Shown here one piece after another: positions 26,269-37,828 of a stretch of DNA of 64,000 nt; the first letter of the stretch is position 1, and every line of letters begins with the position of its first letter. The position numbers and the translations under genes were made by a program. The stretch is from NCBI GenBank assembly GCA_038496445.1, contig JALMLS010000342.1, forward strand, positions 248,877 to 312,876. Reading direction: 5' to 3'. Under the pieces are notes generated by a model, which ran no database searches, was not told the origin of the DNA, and saw nothing but the letters and a program-made list of their open reading frames with translations. This stretch comes from Trichosphaerium sp. ATCC 40318. Its lineage: Eukaryota > Protista > Tubulinea.

Positions 26269-28482
26269 TTAGTTGGTGGTAGATAACACTTTTACACTAT
26301 TTGAACCCCATTTGGCTTCATAAGTGGTATGCCTAGCTTTTGTTAGTTTCTCTTTGTGCTAACTGGGATGTACTTTTAGACTGGGGACAAATTGCTATGA
26401 GGTCATCATTACAGGCTACCGCCAGCTCAATATCAGGTCTATGGAATCGAATGATGCCTGCTATTGCTTCCAAATCACCTGGACGCCACCAGTATGGAAT
26501 AGGAATAACAGTAACGCCTTAGAAACCAGTTGAGTACTTATCAATCTTAACAGTCTTTGGTACCTGCAATACGACAATGCTGCTGCTTCTCAGCATCACG
26601 ACGTTTTTGGGTGTCAGCAAAAAGTTCAAGGTAAATGTGGTCGTGGTAATGATGCTCGCCTACTCATATTTAGGGTAAAGAAAGAGATTGTGCAGCTTAC
26701 CTTGGTATTCAAAAGCAAGGTTATATTCTGGAACATAAATATCTACTGTAACTGTTTGTTGAGCAAATGTTGAGATGCCAATTGAATGTTCTTCCAATAC
26801 ATTACATGTGGGGAATATTGTTCGGATACATCTTTCAAGAGAACTAAAAAACTTTATAGGCCATTCACTAACTAAATAATAGTGTGAACAAAGTGCTTAC
26901 CTTTGATTTGTTGCTTTTCCTTTGCGTGTGAATTTATGCCAGTCCCACATAAACTTTGGCTCCATTGTTAATATGGCTCTTGGCCAGTAAGTGAGTATCC
27001 CAGCACCGCCCAATTTCACCAATTGGTACCCAGCAACTCTGTACCTACATATCAAATATATAAGAATTCATACAATGTAGAGATAGACTGTACCAATCTT
27101 TAGCAGTGTTGATACCCAACTTGCTAGCAACTGTTGTCAAGAACTTTTTTTGGTTTTCTTGCACTTCCCAGTATCCGCGTTTCCAACTGAAAAGGTCACT
27201 GTCCCAAGGATAGTCATAAAATACTTGCAAAGCACGCTGTAATGTCTTATACCTATTCACTTGAATTAAGTTTCCAATTTCTTTCCTTAAAAACCATCTC
27301 GGGCTCACCTTCGTAAAATACTTGGCATCAACTTACAAGCTACGCCAGCCTCCACAGCATACCAATCACTTAGCACTTTTACGCCAAAGCTTTGAGCTTG
27401 TACTTCAAACGCCATCTTGTCAGCGCTAATCCACATGCTATCAATAGAAGCCAGTAGCTCCCGTCGCTGTTTTTGCCTCTCGGTCTCGGATTCCTGCTCC
27501 ATATTCCGTGGCATTGGAGTATTCTGGAGTGCCTTAATAAAACGGTGACTTGGGTAGACATCCTCTAAAAAGAGTTCTTTGCTGGAGTAGTACATGCTAA
27601 AGACACTTAGCTAAATAGCTAATACAAAACACCGCACTATATACTGCTACCACCGTGCTCCAATATTTGGACTTGCGTTACTCTTTCCCAATCAGCGTAG
27701 TCCTTGATTTGTAAAGCGTCAGCAAGGCTGTCAGCAAAGTCTTTTCGACTGGACAATGAGCTCCAGTGATTACGGGGAGAATGCCTATACAATAGTTTGA
27801 AGGTATGCCATTGGAAAATACTTACTTGAATTGAACAGGATCCCATGCATAGTTGGGATAGAGATAAGCTAAACAATCAACCAGAGAGCCATTATTCTTG
27901 CTTTGCTTTATCATTAACATGTCAAATGTAAAACGTACTTACGAAAGTAAAGTTGCAGCTCCCAATTCTATTACTGCCTCCTGGTCTACAGTGTACCATT
28001 GCGCCATGTCTTTTATCTCCAATTGTTCTCCAATATAGTCAAAGGCTGCAATTTGATTCTCAATATCGCTCCAACAATTCTTGGGCACATTCCTTGAACG
28101 TTAGCCAATTGCAACAGTTGGTCTGGGTACAAGTGCGCACTTAAACTTCCAAGGCTGCCATTTGTACTTGCTATAAACCCATGCAAGACACGACGCAAGA
28201 GAATTGTTGAAATGTGTTCTAACGCAATTAGGAGGTACGCAAGTTTTGTAGGTTAGTACCGTAGCACAGCACGTGCACCGTCCGTCTTGATATCTGAGAA
28301 ATTTACTACGTACCAACCCTCCAGATCCTTTATTTGAAGGTCTTTTGCGATTCTATGTAACATTGGTTTACAAACGCCGTAGAGGTTGTCTGGCAGTTGC
28401 ATACTACTAGGTGTAAGCTACATTAGCGATTTTAAAGGGTTATGTTGTACTGATGCGACGATATAAGCAAAGATGCCCTCAT
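26269..28482 (-). CDS. Trp-rich repeat protein (about 5 units) with C-terminal PD-(D/E)XK nuclease domain; paralog 2
   Basis: Units e.g. RGYWEVQENQKKFLTTVASKLGINTAKDWY; tail VLEEHSIG..VTVDIYVPEYNLAFEYQGEHHY..RDAEKQQHCRIAGVTVIPIPYWW. Start uncertain. Confidence 0.8.
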
Positions 28483-28746
28483 AACTCTACAGTATATGCT
28501 TGGCGCTTGAAACTACTAGTAATATAGGTTTGCTGTGATTGTAAGCAAAAAAAAACCTGCACAATTGTGCCTTAACCCTAAACGGCCTTAGCCAGTGACA
28601 TATCACCCTCGCTAATTGCCATCATAGCCGGTTGGTAGGTGACATGTCACCCGATTTAGACACCTACGGTACGCTAGAACCACATTTTTGGTTTATTTGC
28701 TTAGTTATTTACATTTAAGTCCAACTTGATTTTTACATTTTTCTTT

Positions 28747-31700
28747 TTACATAGAAGAGGTTGTCGTCAACGCACCTGACGGAGGTTTAATGCGAAGAGT
28801 AGGTACGGCTCTTTTCGGTTCTCCATTGTGCCAAGTGTTATCTTTAGAATTAGAACTGTCTAGAGATGGAGTCGTGTTCTCTGAAATAGAAACGGATGAC
28901 CTTGCTGAGCTAGCAAAAAAAAGTCAAATTAACATCTTACTAGTACTGAACGTACGCGTGACCGGTAGGCACTTTTAATGTGCTCTGAGCAATTTTTTCT
29001 TGTGCGGTGTGGTCGTAACCTGCATTTAACCAACCAGCACTAGTGCTGGTTGACTCTATATTGGATATTTCCAGTACTGGCGCGGACGTATAACGTTGTG
29101 AAACCAATTCCTTTTCCTAACGATACATTGAGAGGAAGAACATTGTTTGAAGTAAATGACTGAAAAAAGAAAAAAAAAAAAAAGAACGCACCTGCAATTC
29201 AAACTGCTCATTTTCTTGAAGCTCTTCTTCCAACCTATTGAGTATAACCTTCAATTTGAGTATGCGATCTGGGAAGTCAGTTTGATATTTAAGCTCCATG
29301 TCTGGTAAAGACTGCTTTAAATGGCCGTGTACTCGGGCCATCTCTCTACCAAATATATGCGCAGATTGCTTGGCAGGCTCCTATTGCAAACACCATAAGC
29401 AATAAAGAAAAGATTACGCTTTCTCTTAATGTGGGACTTGCCTCATCAATTGCATCTGTTGGAATTGCGCATATACCAGCTATAAATGTCCTCATCTTTT
29501 CCTTATTCGATTCTATTACCACATTGACACCAGCCATGTATGGCTCTTTTTGTCCTACAATTGAGGTTAATAACAAAAACATTTGAAGTACTAAACAACA
29601 AACTGTATCCGTACCAAAGTTAACTAAGTTGCCAAGATTTTGGATGGTCTTGGCTATCAATGTTAAATCCCTAGCTATGTTTGCTGGTGGATGCTCCTCT
29701 ACCAGGCCAAATAACTTTGGTCCAAGCAAAGCAGGGCAGAAGAAACGCAAGAAAATAAATCCTGAAGGTGCTGTATACAACACTACATCGTCTTCTGGCC
29801 ACTTGGCTTTAACCTGAAACATTCCAATGAGAACCATAGGCAAATATTATGTTGATAATCATACCTCCTGTTTAATGTGCTCGAATATATTCCTAAACGC
29901 AGACGGACACCACTTTAGTGATGTAAAAACGCTGTCGCATATTTTTTGAACATAATATTTTAGTGTGCCCAAGTTTTTCTTTAATTCTTTTTCTTTGTTT
30001 TTAGCTTCAATACGATACGCATCCAGCTAGTAAAAAAAAACTGAATACACAGTTATTCAGCTATTTTTTGTGGTACCTCACAAGACTTTTTGCCAGCATT
30101 TGAAACCAATTCATCAATGATAGGTTTTAGAACCTTGTGTAAATACGGCATGCCTAACATTAATAAGTAAAACTTAATTGCGTGCACCATTATACCTGTT
30201 AGTTTCATGTACATATCTAGAGCTTTTGTTGCGACTGTGTTTGCTCTGAAAATAATGTTTGCATTTTCTAGTTTAGAAAGTAAGGTTTTATGTAATGAGT
30301 TGGCAAATGTCACGTACTTGTTTCTCTAATTTCCGCAGCAGCTATCTCCTTGATAAAATGAACGCCAGTTTTTCTAATTTCAAAGGCCTTTATCAGACAC
30401 TCAGCTACAGACTTTTCTTTCTTTTGAGAAACACCAGCTAACATCTTTGTTAACGCCATCTCTTCTCTTAAAAGCTCAAAAAACAATTCATCATAAGAAG
30501 TATCAGGCAATATGGTGATGCACTAAGTTATTAGGTCAGCATGATAAAGAATAAACATCATTCTTTATACCGCATAACGCCATGTTGCACGCATTTCTGG
30601 TGCTGTCCCGTCCCACTCAAGTTCTGGTGGTGATAAGCGCCACCATTTATCTTGATTTACAGGGTTCGATAAATCCTGCAGTGGAACGCAAAATTGACCA
30701 ACCGGCTCCTTGTCCCACACCTCAAATAAGATTGAATCGTCTGCAAGCTCAGGTGGAATTTGGCTACACAAACAATTAACTAGTGGATCAAATTGAATAG
30801 CAAATGGCTTTAGTAAAGGCGTACAAAGTGCATTCTGCTTTCTTCCATTTTGGGTTAGAACTCTTTTTGGTTGTCGGTGTCTTACTTTTGTATGTCTGGT
30901 CTCCCAGCTTACATAAAAAATAAGGTTCGGTAGCAGCGTTTTCACTTTGTGGTAGATCACGACCAGCGCGAACTAAATAGTAATAAGAACAAAGAAAAAA
31001 AGCTTTAAAATTAACACGTCAAAACGTACTCGAAAACGAAACTGTGTTGTTACTAGGTTGATATTTAAATGCGACGTTTACTTCTCCTCTAATGTCGCAA
31101 TGGAGAGGTACTAATTTTCGCCAATCCTCTTGCGTTTGGCCAGAGACTAAATTAGAAACTTTTATCAAAACCTACATGCAAGATTAATAGATCAAGAATA
31201 ATAATTATTCAAAAAAAAAAATTGTCTCCATACCCTGCCAATTGGAGGACTGCGCTTCCGTTTTTGCTCGCGCACAATGACGTACACTTCGCTAGTATCT
31301 AGAGACAGATCGCTAACAAAGAACTTTAGAGACTTATGGCATTGATAAAAAACAAATATAAATTCAACTTTGAGAGTAATGTCATTTTACGTACAAATCG
31401 TATTCTTGCAAAAAACAAGGATTATCAGTGCGCCAAAGTGTAGGAGTGCGCGCTTTCTGTACTCTATCAGCAAAGATGGTACAGTAGGTATCTTTGGGCT
31501 TATCCAAATTCCGAACTTCAGAAACTTGAAAAAAAAAAAGATAAGTACAAGGCTGTTTTGACATAAAATGATGTCTCTTTACCTCTAACATACAAACCAA
31601 CCTCCTTTCTGTACTTTCCTGGACCATATTTAAATTCTGCGGAAGTTTGTTGCTTTGAGTGTGTCAGTGAACAAAAAAATGGTAACGCAAATTTTTTTTG

Positions 31701-32273
31701 ATGGTTTAAACGCACGTTTATGGTTTGTTGTATCTGAAACATCCACTCACTTAGGTCAACCGAGTTGGCGACTTGAAAGTAGTATGTTGTTATTTTTTTC
31801 TCTTTGGCCTTGCTTCCAACAGGCGCTGTGTCGTCCTTTTGGAACAGTTTAAATTGGTAATAGTTTTTTTTCTTAGTTAAGGGTTCACAACCTTTATATT
31901 GAGCCAAATCAATTACAATTTTCGCGTCTTGGGCCTTGAAATAAAACATATAAGCCCCCCCATAGTTTAATTACAAAAATGGGTTTGAAAAAAAAAAAAC
32001 GGGTAAGCTTAAAATGGCCTTCACAGGTGCGCTAGCGTTAAGAAAAGCTCTCGGAAGTAATACCTGCTCATCAGAAAACACGTATAGCATGGCCTCGTGC
32101 AAGATCAGCCATTTCTTCTTCCACTGAACGTTGCGAGTTTTCAGCGATACATAACCTTGTTTTTTTGCGTTGGATAGAGAGATAGCGGACACAGCTAACA
32201 AGGGGTTGTCACCCCTAGCGCTTTTATTGCCCCTGCTACTTTTATTCCCTTTGCTCCGCTTTGGTACGTGCAT
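28747..32273 (-). CDS. Ras GTPase-activating protein with PH and two C2 domains
   Basis: PH (KQGYVSLKTRNVQWKKKWLIL..EWMFQI); C2 (DTYCTIFAD..ARTPTLWRTDNPCF; ILFEVWDK); RasGAP (IFRANTVATKALDMYMK, FIFLRFFCPALLGPKLF, LTLIAKTIQNLGN, KEPYM). Confidence 0.93.
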
Positions 32274-32582
32274 AGTGCGTTGGCGTTAATGTTAGAGCGT
32301 AGGGTCGCTATTTGGGTTTTTGCTTCCTTTTTTTTTTTTTTCCAATGAAACCCTCTGTCTACCAAGCGTTTTGGAGAGAGTTCATGTATTACCACCTGTT
32401 GAAAGTACGTCGGTTACAGACAAGTACTTAAGGGCAACGATAATTTTTGACGTTTTTTATTGAGGAATTTTGTTGCAGTTGACATATTGCGGACTAGAAT
32501 TGCTCCAAGTGCAAAACAACTACTAGGTACTCACCTCCTTGGCTTTTAGTCTTGCTTACTCCTTTACTAAGCTATAAAAAAA

Positions 32583-33018
32583 ATGGTATACCTCACAGTA
32601 ACAAAGTTTGACAAAGAGTTCATCCTTGTAGAAAGGCCAGATAAACAAGAGTACGCTCTATTACTATGAGGCGCAACCATTTTGCAAGAAATCGAAAGTT
32701 TACTGCGGTGGCCCTAAAAATATTTACGCTGCTAAAAGCCCTTGGTATATGCTAACACATCCACGCAAATTTAGAAAGTACAATGGTAGCTTGTGTGACC
32801 TATTTAACAAACTCGAAAACGAAGGTTTTAATCTAATCTCTTCTGGAGGTGCTGCTTGGGAACTAGTTTTCGTTTTCCACAAAGTACGGTTGTTTACTTC
32901 AAGTTTTGACTATTTACTCACTCAATATCTGCAGGACGGTCTTGCAGTCATCAAGGAAAAAGAAACTGAAGAACCTGCTCCAGTAGAGTCTAAAAAGAAA
33001 AAGAAGAGCAAGCACTAG
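32583..33018 (+). CDS. Small protein resembling the GFRP (GTP cyclohydrolase I feedback regulator)-like fold, with polybasic C-terminus
   Basis: Three exons: MVYLTVTKFDKEFILVERPDKQ / KYNGSLCDLFNKLENEGFNLISSGGAAWELVFVFHK / DGLAV..KKKKSKH. LxKLExxGFxxxSxxG..VxxxHK is similar to the GFRP C-terminus. Confidence 0.5.
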
Positions 33019-33327
33019 AGCTATTGTAGAGTGTGTACCGCCCAAAGTAACGTGATACCGGTTTATCGCGTTACAAAAAGAAAAAAAATAAAGCTAAATT
33101 ATCAAGGCGTTGCATTTGAACAACAATTTTTCCGTTTTATTTTTCAACTTTGACACTTTACGTAAAACAAACAGAATATGGCACCTGCTAGTAGCTGTTG
33201 TATCATTGTCTACACAATAACGTTCTTTTCAGAATAGAACAATTCGTCTAAATTCAGTAATCTGAATTTCAGTTTAAGCGAGGCACGCGACCTACTATAC
33301 TATAGTTCAGTATTTTAGCCAGACATT

Positions 33328-34400
33328 ATGAGTGAAGCAAAGAAGAAGCTTAAAATATTATGTGTACACGGTTTCATGCAAAATGGCGACATTTTTCGCA
33401 AAAAAAGTGGTTCCTTTAGGTATTATCGCAACCCCAACTGTGTTGTAATGTGTTTAGGTCAATGGTAAAGGCTACATGCGAATTTGGTACGGCTTAACTA
33501 TTTGCGTTTGAAACGTAGTTTTACCGCGTCGTGTCGCGTGTATGGCATTTACCATAGCGCGTGCAGGTGTTAGTAGCGTCCCAGGACTTGACACCCAACA
33601 CAAGCTACATGAATTTCACCAACTTATTTTTCAGTGAAGTTCTACCTCCACGTAAACTTATTGGTTACCACGTAGATTTTGTAACAGCGCCTCATAAAGT
33701 TGGAGTATCAGATGATGGTCAGGGTGCGTCTGGCGCAATTTGATTGCTGCTTCGGTTTTGTTACTCACCTTAATTTCCTTGCAGACGTTTTTGGATGGTG
33801 GACATCAAAGAACCCAGATGATTATTTGACTTGTAAGGACCTTGTTGGCGTTGAGGAATCAGTGCAATTAGTAACCACCTATTGTGCAAAAAATGCAAGT
33901 TATTATTTCCGCACCTCTTTTTTAGCCTTTTGTAGTCTTACTTTCTTGTAGGGCCCTTTTGATGGTAGTTGCATCACAATAGTATCTGACCTGATTTGTC
34001 GTGTTTAGGTATACTTGGATTTTCTCAAGGAGGTATTCTTGTGAGCATTCTCTGTGGAATGTCAGATCCTAGCCTGTCATTTAAATTTGCTTGTATTTTT
34101 TCATCGTTTCCTATGGCGAATCCAGATTGGGCAAAGTACTATGACTCACTGAAACCAATGCCATATTTCTTTGGTAGGGTTCAATGTATTTTTATACATT
34201 GAAGCTGACACTTTTATGAAGGTTATGGCACACGAGATGACATTGTTCCTACTGATTGGTCGAAGAAAGTAGTTGCACTACTTCCGAGCGAATCAACAAC
34301 TGTTTATGAGCATGATGGTGGGCACTACTTACCAACAAAAGCTACCGCTAAGAAAGCTTTACGAGCTTTCATGGTAGACCAGCTTGCAAAAAAAAAGTAA
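33328..34400 (+). CDS. FSH1/OVCA2-family serine hydrolase
   Basis: LKILCVHGFMQNG..FRKKSG, FVTAPH, GPFDGILGFSQG nucleophile motif, GTRDDIVP and HDGGHYLP. Confidence 0.93.
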
Positions 34401-34501
34401 AGAACAAAAACGGAGGCTGTTGCGTTTTTGGTACTAAGTATAATAACAAATAAACTAAGGCACTAATATAGTACAATACAAGGATTTTGTTTAGTTCTAA
34501 T

Positions 34502-37500
34502 TTACATCATCATTAAGTTAGGAGACATAATAGATCTCACGTGTTCGCTGCCAGCTGGTTGCCCAAGAGCTTTATTTGTGTATTAGTAAAGTATCGTAGT
34601 TAGTTTGTAAAGTACCTTGAGGTGCGCTATCAGTTGATATAAGCGGTGTCACACCATGCAAGTCATTTTGTGAAACTGACATTTTGACTTCGGGCTTGTA
34701 GTGATATATTGTGGCTGCAATAGTTTCAAGGTCTCCTATTAGCGTGTCAATCACTACATCATGATCAATATGTACCTTTCCACCAATACGGGATATTAAC
34801 TAGTGTAATGCCTAGAATACTATTAAGAAACGCCAACCTAGCTTTTACCCGTACCTGCTGCTTTACATGCTTGTCGCTTCTCAAAGTCACGAGCCTTATA
34901 TACACTCGATGGAATGACATAGTATTTTACTACGTCATCGTAATGATGTTCTCCTAATGGAATAGGTTAGTAAAACTAGTAGAGAGGTGCTAGGGTGTTA
35001 CCTTGATATTCAATAGCGAGGTTGTATTTTGGTACAAATACGTCAATTACAAGAGCTGATCCCGTGGAGTTGCAGGTGCCAATATTGCATTCTTCTTGTA
35101 CACGTTGGTCCGGAAACAGCCTATTTACTGAATCCTTTAAGCTTCTAGTTACTAGTTAGGTATGTTTTCAAACAGTTGTACTGTGTACCTTTGCTGTGAT
35201 TTTTTTGTTTGACAAACAAAATTTGTCCAGTCCCATTGTTTGGAGGGATAAAGTCGTTTCAGCGCATGCGGGAAATGTATGACAAATCCCCCAGCTCCAA
35301 GAGCTTGAAGTTGTTCTGATGAAACACGATACCTAATGTTGAGCAGTTAGAATATATGGTCTAGCCGGCTAGAAAACTATACCATTGGCTTGGGTTGCTG
35401 ATGCCAAGTTTGTGTTTAACCTTTTTCAAAAATGCAACTTGATTAGTCTGCTTGACCCAGTGCCCATAGGGTTGCCTAGAAGTGTTTCTGAAGGAAAAAT
35501 GAGCCAAGGAGCCCATACGAAGTAGGTGAGTTAAGTACTTGAAGTCCCAGTCGTAGTCAGGGTAGATAGCTGTAAGCACAGCTGGTAGGTTAGTACCATG
35601 CCTTAAAATGTTTTAGTATCAGTGGTAATATGGAAAAAAAAAGGGATACATACTTTTTGAAGATACTAGAGGCACCGTTTTCAATAAATGTTTTGTGACT
35701 GATCGTTCGCCAATCGTCCATAACGAGTATGCGAAGTTCTTGTCCCAAATCTTCAAATTTTGCTCTTTGATTTTTCATGTCATCCCAATAGTGTTGTGGT
35801 GCACTCCTAAAAGGCCTTATCAGTTACAATTTATATGTAAAATCGCTCCATACAAAAAGGAATAAGGCTTCCAATCAATATCTGGATACACGTCCTGAAG
35901 TAATCTTGACAAAGATCCTTGATACCCATACATATGATTAAGCATGCTATGTTTACAAAAAAAAAAAGTGAAAGGGGGGTACTGTTTTAGTGAGGTATGT
36001 CCGCCATTGTTTTGTACTTGTGACACTTGAACTGTATACCAATCTTTGAACAGTTTTACACCCAAACGTTCTCCGATAGATTCAATAGTAGATTTTGTGA
36101 GTCCTATCTTAGTGTATCTAATGATGTGGAGGCAAATTAGGATGCAGTGATGTATCCAGCAAATACAATAGAAAAGCAAGTTACATACACAAATTTCCAT
36201 CGTTTCCAATCAAAATCGGGATACACGTGGCTCAGGAAAGTGAATAAGCTGTTATCAAATCTAATCTTATCTTTAGAAAAAAACCCTGACACTTTCTGTA
36301 TATGTGCGACCTTGAAAGCATGCCGCCACCTCCAAGATCGTGGAATGTTCTCACATTCATGGTGTACCATCCTTCTAGATCCTTAATGCCAACTTTTTTA
36401 GCCATGAAGTTTATTTTCTCTCTTTTTTGCGCTATTGATTTGAGTGTACCCCATTCGGCTCCAAAACTATCTAGCTGTCAGTTTTAAAGCTAGTTACATG
36501 TATGTACCTGAGTCTATATGCGGCCCAATCGTAATATGGGTACACCGCCTCCAGGGATTGTGTTATACTCCTGTACCTTGACAACGTAAGCAAGTGGATA
36601 GCAAATTAAATTGTAACAAACTAACTTGTTTTTTATAAGGGAGATGCATCCTTCACTCAAATCAGTGAGTTGTACATCAAGCCAGTCATATTGTGTCATG
36701 ACTCTGCATTTTTGTGCGTCTACATCAAACTGTTGTCGCTGCTCTTCTAAAGTCCCCCTGTTAACTGATAATCTATTTAAAATGAAATGAGCTATTAATG
36801 TGCATAATTACAAAAAGGGATGCTCACTTTGTAGATAGTGACCAAGGATATTCAGGATATATACTTTGGAGGGCTGCCAAAAGAGAACCATTGTACAACC
36901 TACATTAAGTCAGGAGCCGGGGTGACATGTTTTTTTTTTTTTTTTTCCCTGCTGAACAAAAATACGAAAGTTATGTGTATACCCTACTATCGTTTTCCCA
37001 CGTGTTGTGGAAATAGATTGTATATCCACAATGTACCAATCCTCATAGGTATGAATGTTTAACTCTTCTCCTAGGATATTAAACGCGTCACGTTGATGTG
37101 ACAGTTTTGCCCAGTAACGCGCAGGTACTTGTCTAGTTACCACTTTTTAAGTTGGACGTGTGGCCAAAATGCTTTACCTGAATTTCCACACCTGCCATCT
37201 TTCGGAGGGTATTACGCTTGTTAGTGATAACGCTAGTGAGCCGTATCTAATATAACTGTCATTTGGTGTTTTTTTTTTAAATTAAGCAAAACATCTTGTT
37301 GTTGTTAAGAGCGTACTTGCGCAGTACACTATATCCGCCTGCACCTCTGACACGCTCTGATGTATGTTTATACCAATCATCGGTTGTCTTGATATTCAAA
37401 GTGGCTGCGACGCGTTCTAATACCTTTCTATAGCGTTTCCTCGCATTTGCAGCTTTTCTCGGCTTTGCTAGCATTTCGCATTATAAAACTAAACGGAAAG

Positions 37501-37769
37501 CGCCCTACTCACAAGTACTGCGCAACTTTTGTGCTAATTTGGAGGTCATTGCGATCGACCATTGCTCCAATAGTGCAAAATCAACATCTGTCAAAATGAA
37601 CTTAAGTTTGACACCTTTTTTTTTTTTCTTTTTTTTTTTGAAAGCTGGCTTTCCGCATTGCTCTTGCCTTCTTCGGATTTACAAGTTTATTGTACATGTT
37701 ATTTACGCAAGTATCTTGGTGATTTACACCATGTGTAGTCGTGCAACGGCTGAAACACAACCTTAACAT
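34502..37769 (-). CDS. Trp-rich repeat protein (about 7 units) with C-terminal PD-(D/E)XK nuclease domain; paralog 3
   Basis: Leader MLRLCFSRCTTT (inferred); units e.g. VPARYWAKLSHQRDAFNILGEELNIHTYEDWY and APQHYWDDMKNQRAKFEDLGQELRILVMDDW; tail VQEECNIG..LVIDVFVPKYNLAIEYQGEHHY..RDFEKRQACKAAGITLVNIPYWW. Confidence 0.8.
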
Positions 37770-37828
37770 AAAAATAAAAAAAAACGGAGCTTTACAAAGC
37801 GGGGCGTTGGTTGAGAATACTCGCTGGT

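Noticed and set aside
23743-37769. Trp-repeat nuclease genes as mobile elements, homing endonucleases or viral insertions
   Set aside because: They carry many host-type introns, show no terminal repeats or target-site duplications, and are highly diverged from each other; an ancient mobile origin of the nuclease domain is not excluded.
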